A stretch of 64,000 bases of DNA from IMG/VR virus record IMGVR_UViG_3300043607_000039, positions 1-64,000 of that record; one strand, given 5' to 3'. Under the pieces are notes generated by a model. It was not told the origin of the DNA. It made no database searches and was given only the letters and a program-made list of their open reading frames with translations. Shown here piece by piece: positions 42,917 to 52,015 of this stretch. Numbering within the stretch: position 1 is the stretch's first letter; every line of letters begins with the position of its first letter. Source of the DNA: a virus. The position numbers and the translations under genes are program-made.

Positions 42917-43027
42917 CCATCCAAAGTAACATGAGCTTGGCCCGCGGTTTCTAGGCCCGCGGAGCGGGGCGGTCCAGCTGGCCGACCTGGCACTGTTCGC
43001 CGTGGTGCCACTCAGACACGGCCCCTT

Positions 43028-43100
43028 GCGCCGTAGCCCAACCGGTTGAGGGGTCCGGCTTATATCCGGAATTCAGCAGGTTCGATTCCTGCACGGCGTA
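43028..43100 (+). tRNA. tRNA-Ile(TAT)
   Basis: TCCGG-CTTATAT-CCGGA. Confidence 0.75.
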
Positions 43101-43121
43101 CTTCCCCCTGGAGGAGGAGCA

Positions 43122-43409
43122 ATGCCCCGTTCGGTAGAGACCTCGACCGAGACCAAGACGTACATGGTCCGTAAGGTCAACATCACCTGCGACAAGTGCG
43201 GCCGACCCGTCGACCAGGAGCCCGAGGACGACGACCTGTACCACCAGGAGCTGGAGATCCATCTGAACCCGGAGCTGTGCGTCCGGTCCAGCTTCCGTCG
43301 GGACTACTGCCGAGCCTGTCTCCTGCCTATCTGGGCACTGATCTGCGAGACTATCGGGGCTGACCCCGATGACATCTCAAACTCTGACTTCCAGGCGGAC
43401 TACTCATGA
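43122..43409 (+). CDS. Zn-ribbon hypothetical protein
   Basis: CDKCG...CRAC; GGAGGAGGAG RBS. Confidence 0.6.
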   Translation: MPRSVETSTETKTYMVRKVNITCDKCGRPVDQEPEDDDLYHQELEIHLNPELCVRSSFRRDYCRACLLPIWALICETIGADPDDISNSDFQADYS

Positions 43410-43651
43410 TGGACGACGTGATCTGGACTAAGAGCAGCTACTCCGGCAGTCAGGGCGGCAACTGCGTCGAGGTGGCATGGCGCAAGAGCACGCGCAGCAA
43501 CCCGAGTGGCAACTGTGTCGAATTCGCGGAGCTACCGGGCAAGGTGCTGGTTCGGGACTCCAAGAATCCCGACGGCGGGATCATCGAGTTCGCCCCCGAC
43601 GCATGGCGCAAGTTCATCGCCGCGGTGAAGGAAGGCGAGTTCAACCTGTAG
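43406..43651 (+). CDS. DUF397 protein (duplicated N-terminal motif)
   Basis: W.KS..S....NCVE twice; VRDSK. Confidence 0.9.
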   Translation: MMDDVIWTKSSYSGSQGGNCVEVAWRKSTRSNPSGNCVEFAELPGKVLVRDSKNPDGGIIEFAPDAWRKFIAAVKEGEFNL

Positions 43652-43659
43652 TAGGTAAT

Positions 43660-43732
43660 GCCCGTGTAGCTCAGCGGCAAGAGCATCGGTTCCACACACC
43701 GAGGGTCCTAGGTTCGAGTCCTAGTACGGGCA
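43660..43732 (+). tRNA. tRNA-Val(CAC)
   Basis: Loop TCCACAC (C33). Confidence 0.85.
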
Positions 43733-43850
43733 CGTGGTGGTAGTTGCGGGTTGAGAAGGGTCTAGTTAAACGGCCGACCTGTATTCCAGTGCAGCTGCTC
43801 ATGACTTACCCGGGGGGCCGGGGTAAGGAAGACACAACAGGCCCGCACAT

Positions 43851-43925
43851 GGTGGCTGTAGCTCATCCTGGTAGAGCGCCGGACTGTGGATCCGGAGGTG
43901 GGGGGATCGTGGCCCCCCAGTCACC
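43851..43925 (+). tRNA. tRNA-His(GTG)
   Basis: G-1/C73; loop CTGTGGA; atypical T-loop. Confidence 0.8.
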
Positions 43926-43948
43926 CTCGTTGATCGATCACCCTGTAC

Positions 43949-43972
43949 ACCCCTACGTAGGGGTGGTACCGT
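43949..43972 (+). promoter_or_regulatory. 16-bp operator-like site plus -10 box
   Basis: ACCCCTACGTAGGGGT then TACCGT, 7 nt before ATG 43980. Confidence 0.65.
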
Positions 43973-43979
43973 GGCAGCC

Positions 43980-44345
43980 ATGATGGGATCACCGTTCGAC
44001 AACCCCCCTCCGGCCCTAGTGGCGGCAGCCGACCAGGCCAAACAGCAGGGGCTCGAAGATTCAATGAAGCTCATATGGCTGTACCTGGCGAGTAGTGTCG
44101 CCGACGAGGCCGGGGACGAGGAAACGGCCACTCAGTACCAGCTCGAACGGATGGCCTTGCTACTCAGCTTGGGCCAGATACGGACTCAGGCCGTTGTGTT
44201 GGAGCTGACCAGACTCTTCGCCTCTACCCTGTTTGACCACTGGGGTGGCACCTGGGCCAAGGTAATGGAAGCCCTGGCGGATCCCGCGCTGCCCCTCTTT
44301 CGTGGGGGACCCGTTGCCCAGGACGAGATGCCTCGGATCGACTGA
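43980..44345 (+). CDS. Hypothetical protein
   Basis: Leaderless start. Confidence 0.55.
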   Translation: MMGSPFDNPPPALVAAADQAKQQGLEDSMKLIWLYLASSVADEAGDEETATQYQLERMALLLSLGQIRTQAVVLELTRLFASTLFDHWGGTWAKVMEALADPALPLFRGGPVAQDEMPRID

Positions 44346-44362
44346 CCCTGGAGAAGAAGCTG

Positions 44363-44848
44363 ATGCCCGAGTTGCCGAAGTGGTTCCCGAAGACCTTGGA
44401 AGACATGTACCGCCCCGAGGTCCCGGGTCGCACCGTCGACGATGACCGAGTCGCCGAGTCCCATGGCGGCGGTGCCTGCCCCGAGCAGCACTGGGGCGTC
44501 CTGACCGACGGGCGCCGGTTCTACTTCCGGTACCGCAGTGCCTGGGCCTCGGTTCGACTGGCGCCGGCCTGGTATGACGGTGCCGACGTCCACGCCCGGG
44601 ACCTGAGGGTTTCCATGGAGCAGTGGAACGAGGCCTACGAGCGCGGCGACGAGGAGCTACCGAACCTGTACCTCAATCCGGTCGCCGGCTTCCAGGTCCG
44701 GGAGGACGACCCATATCACGGGTGGTTCGACAGTGCAGCCGAGCGGGCGATGGCCTTTGCTGCCTGCCTGGATCAGGTCTGGGATGAGCCCTTCGATGAG
44801 GAGGGCTGGGAATTGCACCGCGGGCGGAAAGAGGAGCCCGACTTCTAG
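44363..44848 (+). CDS. Conserved hypothetical protein
   Basis: ACPEQ.WG...DGR.FYFRYR. Confidence 0.6.
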   Translation: MPELPKWFPKTLEDMYRPEVPGRTVDDDRVAESHGGGACPEQHWGVLTDGRRFYFRYRSAWASVRLAPAWYDGADVHARDLRVSMEQWNEAYERGDEELPNLYLNPVAGFQVREDDPYHGWFDSAAERAMAFAACLDQVWDEPFDEEGWELHRGRKEEPDF

Positions 44849-44919
44849 CCGATGACGGACTGGTTCCGAGCGCTGACTGTAAATCAGTAGCCTTGGGGGT
44901 TCGAATCCCTCCGTCGGCA
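44848..44919 (+). tRNA. tRNA-Tyr(GTA), short variable loop
   Basis: Loop CTGTAAA. Confidence 0.75.
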
Positions 44920-44932
44920 CGCGTCAATTAAC

Positions 44933-45023
44933 GCGGGTATTGAGCACCGGTAAGCTCAGCGGTCCGTTCGACCGTGGGTCGCTGACGAGTGACCAGTCAG
45001 AGTTCGAATCTCTAGTACCCGCA
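44933..45023 (+). ncRNA. tRNA-like RNA lacking a canonical anticodon loop
   Basis: GCGGGTA/TACCCGC acceptor, D-arm, GCGGTC-CGTTC-GACCGT arm, long extra arm, TTCGAAT T-loop. Confidence 0.55.
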
Positions 45024-45054
45024 CGCTCCCCAACGACGTAACGGATGGAGAACG

Positions 45055-46137
45055 ATGCGTTTCCTGAGAATCGCCATGACCGCGGTGCTGGTGAGTGCTT
45101 CTGCACTCCTGGCCTTCGCGGCACCGGCGCAAGCACATGCCGTCGATGACGGCTTCGGCCTCAAGGTGCACTCCTCCCACAAGGGTGTGTGTCTGTCGGC
45201 ACGGCTTCCTGTGGCTGCCGCCCCCGAGCAGCCAAAGGACTGGAGGGTCCAGGTGACCCTGTGCCAGCCGTTCCGTGTGACGCATGAGGTCGACGTCCTG
45301 ACCCACGGCGCCACGTACACCGGGGCATCGTGTCCGGCCCATGAGCCGTGTGCCTCCTACTGGGACTGGCCCCAGCAGCCCGGCAAGTACTCCTACGTCG
45401 GCAAGACGCTCGCTGACGGCCGCGCCACCTTGGCCTACGACCGGATCGGCAACGGGAACAGCAGCCGGCCCTTGAGTTCGGACATCACCATGGCGTCCGA
45501 CGCCTACGTACTGCACCAGCTGGTGGCGATCGTCAAGGCCCTGGGCTACGGGCACGTCAACTCGATCAGCCACTCCTACGGCTCTGGGGTCGCGCTCCAG
45601 GAGGCGGCCACCTACGGCGACGTTGATGCTCTGGTCCTCAGCGGCTACCTGCACCGGCCCAGCAACCCGGCCGTGACCGCCGGCAACTACCCGGCCAACA
45701 TGGACCCCAAGTTCCTGACGTCCGGTCTGGACAACGGGTACCTGACGTCCCGACCGGGTGTCCGTGGTACTTCGTTCCACTCCCCGACTTCGGACCCGGC
45801 CGTGGTGGCCTATGACGAGACGCAGAAGGACCTGGTCTCGCTGACCGGCCTGCTCGGGTTCCTCGGGGCTCGTGCAGTCCCGGCCGCCACGAACATCTCG
45901 AACACCATCACGGTGCCGGTGCTGGTCGTCAACGGCCAGCAGGACGCGATCTTCTGCTACCTCCCGGCGACGTTCAACTGCGCCGACGCGGCAGTGGTGA
46001 CCGCGAACGAGGCTCCGTTCTACGCCAACGCGGCCAGCTTCTCGGTGGTGACGATTGTGGACAGTGGTCATGACCTGACTCTGCACCCGACCGGCGCGGA
46101 GGACTCCTACCAGGTGATCAACGACTGGCTGGACTGA
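45055..46137 (+). CDS. Secreted alpha/beta hydrolase
   Basis: Signal peptide; HG, DRIG.G.S, SHSYG, G..D and GH motifs. Confidence 0.8.
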   Translation: MRFLRIAMTAVLVSASALLAFAAPAQAHAVDDGFGLKVHSSHKGVCLSARLPVAAAPEQPKDWRVQVTLCQPFRVTHEVDVLTHGATYTGASCPAHEPCASYWDWPQQPGKYSYVGKTLADGRATLAYDRIGNGNSSRPLSSDITMASDAYVLHQLVAIVKALGYGHVNSISHSYGSGVALQEAATYGDVDALVLSGYLHRPSNPAVTAGNYPANMDPKFLTSGLDNGYLTSRPGVRGTSFHSPTSDPAVVAYDETQKDLVSLTGLLGFLGARAVPAATNISNTITVPVLVVNGQQDAIFCYLPATFNCADAAVVTANEAPFYANAASFSVVTIVDSGHDLTLHPTGAEDSYQVINDWLD

Positions 46138-46697
46138 TGCCGAAACTCCTGGAGAGAGTGGCGGCAGTTGTTGCGATCACCCTTCTGCTCACCGGCTGCG
46201 TGCCGGCTGGCGGGAACGGCAACGGAGGTGGGGGCTTCACGGTCCCACCGTCGCCGGTACCACAGAGTCTGACGCCAGCCGTCGTTGGTCCCTCGGGCCA
46301 GGTTGACGTGGTCTTCATGGTGGAGACCTTCGACCAGCACGTCCTACCAACCGTCCGGGACAACGTGCTCATGATCGTGAGCGCCTTCTCGGCTGATGGC
46401 AGGATGGCCAGGTACATCGACAAGGTTACTGGCGAGTCGCTGCCGGGACCGCAAAGCTACTACCGCACAACGCCTTGGCCCTACTCGGCCACACTGGGCG
46501 TCGGCGTGGTCGCAGCGCATGTCTCCGGTGTCTTGAGCCCTGCGACCAGGGGTGAAGGAATCCGGTGCACGGTTGAAGTGGGTGGCACGCCGTTCCCACA
46601 GCTGACCGTCGAGAAGGTCGTGGAAGTGGACTACGGCGCGGCTCAAGTGACGTGCCTGTACTCACTTCCGGCTGGAGGCTTCAAGCCCCCGATGTAA
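46137..46697 (+). CDS. Lipoprotein (paralog family A)
   Basis: LTGC lipobox; DGRMARYID..TGE..PGPQ..TPW.Y. Confidence 0.75.
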   Translation: MPKLLERVAAVVAITLLLTGCVPAGGNGNGGGGFTVPPSPVPQSLTPAVVGPSGQVDVVFMVETFDQHVLPTVRDNVLMIVSAFSADGRMARYIDKVTGESLPGPQSYYRTTPWPYSATLGVGVVAAHVSGVLSPATRGEGIRCTVEVGGTPFPQLTVEKVVEVDYGAAQVTCLYSLPAGGFKPPM

Positions 46698-46736
46698 CGG
46701 CACGAACCGCTGGCGGGGTACCTACCGCTGGCGTCT

Positions 46737-46809
46737 GTCCTCGTAGCTCAACGGATAGAGCGCTGCCCTCCGAAGGCAGAGGTTGCTGGTTCGAATCCAG
46801 TCGAGGACG
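46737..46809 (+). tRNA. tRNA-Arg(CCG)
   Basis: Loop CTCCGAA. Confidence 0.9.
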
Positions 46810-46887
46810 CGGTGAGCGGGCCACGGTATACGGGGCCTGTGGAAGAGCTGGTCGAAGGGTCGATCAACCACCTACTTTCTGGAGAGA

Positions 46888-47415
46888 GTGATGGCTGAAG
46901 GAATCGCACCGGCCGTCGCGCTGATCAACCCCAAGCACCCACGCAACGTGGGTGCGGTGGTCAGGGCGGCCAGCTGCTACCAGATCAAGCAGGTGTGGTT
47001 CAGCGGCCACCGCGTGGCCCTGGAACCGCACCCCGGGTACCGCCTTCCACGTGAAGAGCGGATGCGGGGCTACAAGGACGTGGCCCTGCGCAACAGTGAC
47101 CGGATCTTCGATCAGTTCACCCCCGACGTCGTACCGGTGGCCGTCGAGCTGGTGCCCGGCTCTGAGTCGCTCATCTGGTTCGAGCATCCCGACAACGCCC
47201 TCTACGTCTTCGGGCCGGAGGACGGCTCCCTGAACCGCAGCGTCCTGGGGCAGTGTCACCGGTTCGTGCAGATTCCTACCCAGCACTGCACCAACCTGGG
47301 GGCCGCGGTCTACACGGTCCTGTATGACCGTCACGCCAAGCGCGTCCGTGCCGGCCTGGACCAGCTCCACGAGCCTGGCCGCCTGACCTACGCTGATGAT
47401 GACGGGGAGGGCTGA
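46888..47415 (+). CDS. SPOUT (SpoU/TrmH-like) RNA methyltransferase
   Basis: P..P.NVG...R, VFGPE.G.L, IP....NL. Confidence 0.85.
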   Translation: MMAEGIAPAVALINPKHPRNVGAVVRAASCYQIKQVWFSGHRVALEPHPGYRLPREERMRGYKDVALRNSDRIFDQFTPDVVPVAVELVPGSESLIWFEHPDNALYVFGPEDGSLNRSVLGQCHRFVQIPTQHCTNLGAAVYTVLYDRHAKRVRAGLDQLHEPGRLTYADDDGEG

Positions 47416-47645
47416 TGGCTCGGCTACCAAGCCAGGGATGGTTGATTCAGCAAATTGGCGCCCAGGTCATTCTCTTCCGCGAGCACACGGAGGAGGAGAT
47501 CGTGAGATTCGACCCGAGCGACATGAACTCGACCGCTACGGCCCAGTTCACCATCTTCAGCAGCGAGCTGAGCGACGAGGATAAGTGCTTCGCCCACTTC
47601 TGGTCGGGGTACTTTTATGCGCACGCAACAGGGAATGTCCTGTGA
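47415..47645 (+). CDS. Hypothetical protein
   Basis: TGATG coupling. Confidence 0.5.
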   Translation: MARLPSQGWLIQQIGAQVILFREHTEEEIVRFDPSDMNSTATAQFTIFSSELSDEDKCFAHFWSGYFYAHATGNVL

Positions 47646-47691
47646 ACAGTCGTATCAAGGAAGCCGTTGCCCAGGTCGTGGTAACAAACAA

Positions 47692-47763
47692 GCGCATGTG
47701 GCTGAATGGTAAAGCGCACGCCTGCAAAGCGTGCTTTCGCCGGTTCGAATCCGGCCTTGCGCT
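47692..47763 (+). tRNA. tRNA-Cys(GCA)
   Basis: Loop CTGCAAA; U73. Confidence 0.9.
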
Positions 47764-47808
47764 CGATGCAGTCCCCCCACCCTTGATCAGGTGGGGGGCT
47801 CGCACCAA

Positions 47809-48315
47809 CTACTTCGGGGCAGGAATGAAGGTCTGCGTGCAGACCGCAGTGACCGGCTCGCCGGGGAATGCCACGACCGCCACGTTCTCTGGTCGTATGG
47901 GCAACTCCTTGCCATTCACGGCGACTCGACAGACGAGCTGGTCGCCGGTCGCAGCATGAAGAACCGTCGCCGTAATGGTCACGGTAACAACCCGTGGGCC
48001 GAGGGTGGCGGTGTACTCCCAGGGTGCAAGTCGGTTCATGATCTGTGGTCCGGGTCGCGTTTCCCCGTTCTCCTCGTCGATGTAGTTGGCCATCCGGCCT
48101 TCCACGTCGTAGGAGCTGATGGAGACGTTGATCTCGCCGTTGATTTCCCGGCTTGAACGGTCAAGGACGTTGACTTCAAAGTCAACGTTCTGGGAGGAGA
48201 TCTGGAACGGCCCGGCCGGTGCGGATTCGATGGGATCGGGCAACGGGTTGATGTTGCAGGCCGCCAGGGCCACGACCACCGTGGCTGCCACCATGATGCA
48301 TTTAAGTGTCCTCAT
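47809..48315 (-). CDS. Lipoprotein (paralog family A)
   Basis: LAAC lipobox; EGRMANYID...GE..PGPQ..APWEY; leaderless promoter TTGACT-18-CAGACT. Confidence 0.75.
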   Translation of the reverse strand: MRTLKCIMVAATVVVALAACNINPLPDPIESAPAGPFQISSQNVDFEVNVLDRSSREINGEINVSISSYDVEGRMANYIDEENGETRPGPQIMNRLAPWEYTATLGPRVVTVTITATVLHAATGDQLVCRVAVNGKELPIRPENVAVVAFPGEPVTAVCTQTFIPAPK

Positions 48316-48379
48316 GCCCTAGAGTCTGACGGGTACGTAGGGGTGTAGTCAAGCTATGCTGTCCACTGTGGAGATTCAC

Positions 48380-48449
48380 GCCGAGTGGTCTCGGGAACCA
48401 GCTGCCTTTCATACGGGCGGCCTGCCCAGTTCGAATCTGGGACTCGGTA
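48380..48449 (+). tRNA. Atypical tRNA(CAT)
   Basis: GCCGAGT/ACTCGGT acceptor; loop TTCATAC; reduced D-arm. Confidence 0.55.
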
Positions 48450-48565
48450 CATGGCGACATTGGAAGAGGAGTACGGGTACGTAGAGCAGACCATGGTCCC
48501 TGACTCTGACACCGCGTGGTTCGATGGTCCCCATGACGTGTTCCTGAGCCTTGGGCTTCGATGAC

Positions 48566-48937
48566 ATGCCGACATCAACAATGTGTGCCTCCTGCGGTCA
48601 GATGCAGAAGATGGCTGACGATGTACTGGCGAACAACCTCTTTGATCCTCACGTCAATCTCCAGACACAGCAGCTCTGTGAAGGTGTACCTGTGAGTGAG
48701 GGGTCGTTGGCCATCATTGCTGAGGCAATCGCCGCCGAGGTACTTGCGAAGAAGCACCGCGCCCGGGTCATCGAACTCGGCGAACAGATCGCTGAGCAGC
48801 ACGCCGAACTCCTAGCCCGGCTCGCGGCCGGACCGACCGACGAGATGGACGCCACCGAGGACCAGATCGACCAGATGATGGCCGATGGCGAGCCGGTCAT
48901 CGTTCACGGCACCGGCTGGTGCGCCCCCAGCCCGTAG
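48566..48937 (+). CDS. Hypothetical protein
   Basis: CASC motif plus helical region. Confidence 0.45.
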   Translation: MPTSTMCASCGQMQKMADDVLANNLFDPHVNLQTQQLCEGVPVSEGSLAIIAEAIAAEVLAKKHRARVIELGEQIAEQHAELLARLAAGPTDEMDATEDQIDQMMADGEPVIVHGTGWCAPSP

Positions 48938-48960
48938 CTAAAAAATCTTACCCGTACCCC

Positions 48961-48990
48961 TTGACTCGGGTCCCTCTGTGTCTGTAACTT
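48961..48990 (+). promoter_or_regulatory. Housekeeping-sigma-type promoter
   Basis: TTGACT-18-TAACTT; same hexamers at 59981-60010. Confidence 0.6.
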
Positions 48991-49026
48991 TGTCCGTAGA
49001 AGCCAGATGAAGTAACCCAGAGGGAG

Positions 49027-50100
49027 ATGGCAATGTCTGCAAACGTTGACTCGATGTTCTCGGTTCGCGAGGTTCCGTGGCACCGCGAGGGCACCATCCT
49101 CGCCGAGTACCCGGGCTCGTGGGCCGAGGCCAGGAAGCAGGCCGGTCTGGAGTGGGAGCCGATCGAGGCCGACGTCTACCGGCAGATCGGCACCGAGCAG
49201 ATCGAGCGGCCGAAGTACGAGTTCTACGCCATGGACGGCGAGACGGTGCTCTTCAAGCAGAACGGCACCGAGGTCGTCGGCGAGGAGCCGGTGTACGAGC
49301 TGAACCCCGACCACAAGCACATCGTGCGCAGCGACACGGGCGCCGTGCTCTCGGTCAACGGCAAGGGCTACACCCTCATCAACCACGACGCGATGGGCGA
49401 GATCATCGAGGCCGTCCTGGAGCAGCCGAACGTGAAGTGGGAGACGGCCGGTTCGCTCGACGGCGGGCGCAAGGTCTGGGCCCTGGCCATGTTGGACGAA
49501 CCGATCGTGCTGCCGGGCGACGACACCGCCGCCTACCCCTACCTCGCATTCACCAACTGCCACGACGGCACCGGCGCCTGCGCCCTGCGGGCCACGGCCA
49601 TCCGGGTCGTCTGCCAGAACACCTACCGCGCGGCCGAGATGGAGGGCAAGCGCACCAAGGCCACCTTCTCCTTCCGGCACTCCACCGGGTGGCGAGACCG
49701 GATCCAGCAGGCCCGTGACGCCGTTCACGGCGTGCGCCAGGAGATGGTCGAGTACCGCGAGCTGATGACCGACCTGCTGGGCGTCCCGGTCACCGCCGGC
49801 CAGCGCAAGCTGTTCATCACCGAGTTCATCCCGATGCCGCCGGCCGGGATGGTCACCGAGCGAGTCATGGGCAACGTGGAAGGCGCCCGTACCAAGCTCC
49901 GCGAGATCTTCAACTCCCCCACCACCGTCAACGTCCAGGACACCATGTACGGCGTCATCCAGGCGAGCGGGGAGTACCTGGACCACGTCCGGACCGCCCG
50001 CACCTGGGAGACCCGGCTCAACCGCAACATCATGAAGCCCGAGCCGCTGAAGGCCAAGGCTCTCAACCTGATCCGCGAGATCGTGGCCGCGGGGGTCTGA
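49027..50100 (+). CDS. DUF932 (TIGR03299-like) protein
   Basis: PWH..G, ETAGSL.GG, N.HDG, T.IRVVC.NT. Confidence 0.85.
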   Translation: MAMSANVDSMFSVREVPWHREGTILAEYPGSWAEARKQAGLEWEPIEADVYRQIGTEQIERPKYEFYAMDGETVLFKQNGTEVVGEEPVYELNPDHKHIVRSDTGAVLSVNGKGYTLINHDAMGEIIEAVLEQPNVKWETAGSLDGGRKVWALAMLDEPIVLPGDDTAAYPYLAFTNCHDGTGACALRATAIRVVCQNTYRAAEMEGKRTKATFSFRHSTGWRDRIQQARDAVHGVRQEMVEYRELMTDLLGVPVTAGQRKLFITEFIPMPPAGMVTERVMGNVEGARTKLREIFNSPTTVNVQDTMYGVIQASGEYLDHVRTARTWETRLNRNIMKPEPLKAKALNLIREIVAAGV

Positions 50101-50109
50101 CCCACAAGG

Positions 50110-50141
50110 CAGGGAGCCCTCCTCGGTCGGAGGAGGGCTCC
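50110..50141 (+). terminator. Stem-loop
   Basis: GGGAGCCCTCCT...AGGAGGGCTCCC. Confidence 0.55.
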
Positions 50142-50164
50142 CCTTCCACAGAAGGAGCAAGGCA

Positions 50165-50605
50165 ATGCAGATCAACGAAGAGGCTCTGACTGTCGCGCAC
50201 GTGGCCGTCGAGGACCTGCTCGTCGACATGCGGGACAGCCACATGTTCACGTTGGCGGCCAACGGGCTCGTCGTGAACAACAAGGATGGATCGCTGTCCG
50301 ACATCAAGCGCCTGGGCACGCGGCAGGGACTCCAGCTCGGCGTCGAGACCTACCTCAAGAACGTGAAGCTGTACGTGGTCATGGTCCATGACCGTCACCT
50401 CGACCCCGAGGCCCGCATCTACACCTCGGCCGACGAGGCCATCACCGTTGCCCGGGGACTTGCCCACGACATGGGCCTGGTCGACAGCGGCGATGAGGAC
50501 TTCAACGACGACGGCTTGGCTCAAGCTGGCTGGCTGTATTACGCCAACCACCCCCGTGAGAGCGACATTGTCTGGGTCGTGGAGAAGGGGATCAACGAGT
50601 CCTGA
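50165..50605 (+). CDS. Hypothetical protein
   Basis: AAGGAG RBS. Confidence 0.6.
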   Translation: MQINEEALTVAHVAVEDLLVDMRDSHMFTLAANGLVVNNKDGSLSDIKRLGTRQGLQLGVETYLKNVKLYVVMVHDRHLDPEARIYTSADEAITVARGLAHDMGLVDSGDEDFNDDGLAQAGWLYYANHPRESDIVWVVEKGINES

Positions 50606-50666
50606 CCAAGAACCCAAGCCCCGTGGATCCATGGGAACTGTTCGCCTAACCGAGAAAGGAACGCTC

Positions 50667-51137
50667 ATGAAGAACAAGCTCATCGCCGGGCTCACCGCCC
50701 TGGTTGCCCTGGTCACCGCGACCGCCTGCACCCAGCCGCTTCCGGCCAACGACACCGACCGCATCACCTTCGCCATCGAGGCCTACTACCAAGCCGATGG
50801 CGTGGAACGGTCGGTCCTGTCGCAGACCAACGTGGTCGCGAGCATCACCAACCTCACCACCAACGACATCCACATCCGGGACGGCCGCAGCGGAGCCTGG
50901 CTCGTCCTCCCCTGGGAGATGAACGAGGACTTCGATCTCCCGATCCGTTACCAGTTCACCTACGACCGTCGCGACACCAAGCTTGAGGACTTCCGCCTCG
51001 TGGTCAAGGCCCTGGTCAATGCCGACCGCGACATGCACCTGCGGTGCACCCTGTTCGACACCAACGAGCGCGTGATCACCCGCAATGAGGTCGTCATCGA
51101 CGGCTCGCTCACCGGCACCGTCAGCTGTGCCAACTGA
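50667..51137 (+). CDS. Lipoprotein (divergent member of family A)
   Basis: ATAC lipobox; C-terminal Cys pair; AAAGGA RBS. Confidence 0.65.
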   Translation: MKNKLIAGLTALVALVTATACTQPLPANDTDRITFAIEAYYQADGVERSVLSQTNVVASITNLTTNDIHIRDGRSGAWLVLPWEMNEDFDLPIRYQFTYDRRDTKLEDFRLVVKALVNADRDMHLRCTLFDTNERVITRNEVVIDGSLTGTVSCAN

Positions 51138-51204
51138 AGTGACCGAGGTATGGCCCCCCGCTGACAGGGTGGGGGCCATACCCTTATCCGGGGAAGGAGG
51201 ACAG

Positions 51205-51666
51205 GTGCCCACGACCAGACGTAGGAAGCCCGACCCGTTCATTGCCCTACTGGAAACGTACCGGGTCGCCCAAGGGATCACAGTCGCCAAGATGTGTCAA
51301 GACGCCGGCCTGAGGTCTCACATGTGGCATACGTACAAGATCGGAAATCAACAGCCTTCAGTGATATCGCTGCGGGCACTGACCCAGGCGCTGGGCCTGG
51401 AGCTGACGGTGGTTGAGACGGCAAGGTATCGGCCGAGCGCCGTGCCAGTGGTTGACGTCAAGAGGCTACAGCGCGAGTTCGGGGCGGCCATTGAGTCCGT
51501 GCAGCGCATCGGGGTCCTCCTGGAAGAGGTCGGCGACAGGTTGCTGTCACACACACAGAATGGAGCGCGCCATGTCCCAGCACATCCTGAGCCTGTCGGA
51601 GGTGGGGAAGATCCTGGGCCTGACCCCGGACACAGTGACTCGGTATATGCGCGAGTCCCTGCCTGA
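51205..51666 (+). CDS. XRE-like HTH protein
   Basis: R...GIT...M...AGL...G...PS...L..L..ALG; AAGGAGG RBS. Confidence 0.7.
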   Translation: MPTTRRRKPDPFIALLETYRVAQGITVAKMCQDAGLRSHMWHTYKIGNQQPSVISLRALTQALGLELTVVETARYRPSAVPVVDVKRLQREFGAAIESVQRIGVLLEEVGDRLLSHTQNGARHVPAHPEPVGGGEDPGPDPGHSDSVYARVPA

Positions 51667-51817
51667 TGGTCGGTACGCCAGCCACCCGTTCCCGGACCCC
51701 GACGGCCGACTGGGGAACTCTCCGTACTGGCTGCCGGATCGGACTGCGGAGATCTACAACTGGGGAGTAACCCGGATCGGCCGTGGTGTAGGCGGCGGAC
51801 CTAAGACAAGGCGATAG
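51572..51817 (+). CDS. Small HTH (Xis/MerR-like) DNA-binding protein
   Basis: LS..EV...LG....TV..Y; FP.PDG..G.SP.W. Confidence 0.7.
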   Translation: MSQHILSLSEVGKILGLTPDTVTRYMRESLPDGRYASHPFPDPDGRLGNSPYWLPDRTAEIYNWGVTRIGRGVGGGPKTRR

Positions 51818-51853
51818 ACGAAGGCCCCGGGCTAGGGAACCCGGGGCCTTCGC
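51818..51853. terminator. Hairpin between convergent units
   Basis: CGAAGGCCCCGG...CCGGGGCCTTCG. Confidence 0.65.
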
Positions 51854-51865
51854 TGTGGGATGCGA

Positions 51866-52003
51866 TTACGTTGTGATCACTGCGAGGGCAACGAACACGA
51901 ACCCAAGCCAGCCGATGTGCACGCGACCGTATTCACCGAATCCCAGAGCCGCGACCAAGAAACAGATCCCGGCGATGATCCACAGCAGCAAGTCGATGCT
52001 CAT
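51866..52003 (-). CDS. Small two-TM membrane protein (45 aa)
   Basis: Manual translation MSIDLLLWIIAG...; GGAAGG RBS. Confidence 0.55.
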   Translation of the reverse strand: MSIDLLLWIIAGICFLVAALGFGEYGRVHIGWLGFVFVALAVITT

Positions 52004-52015
52004 GGCTGACCTTCC

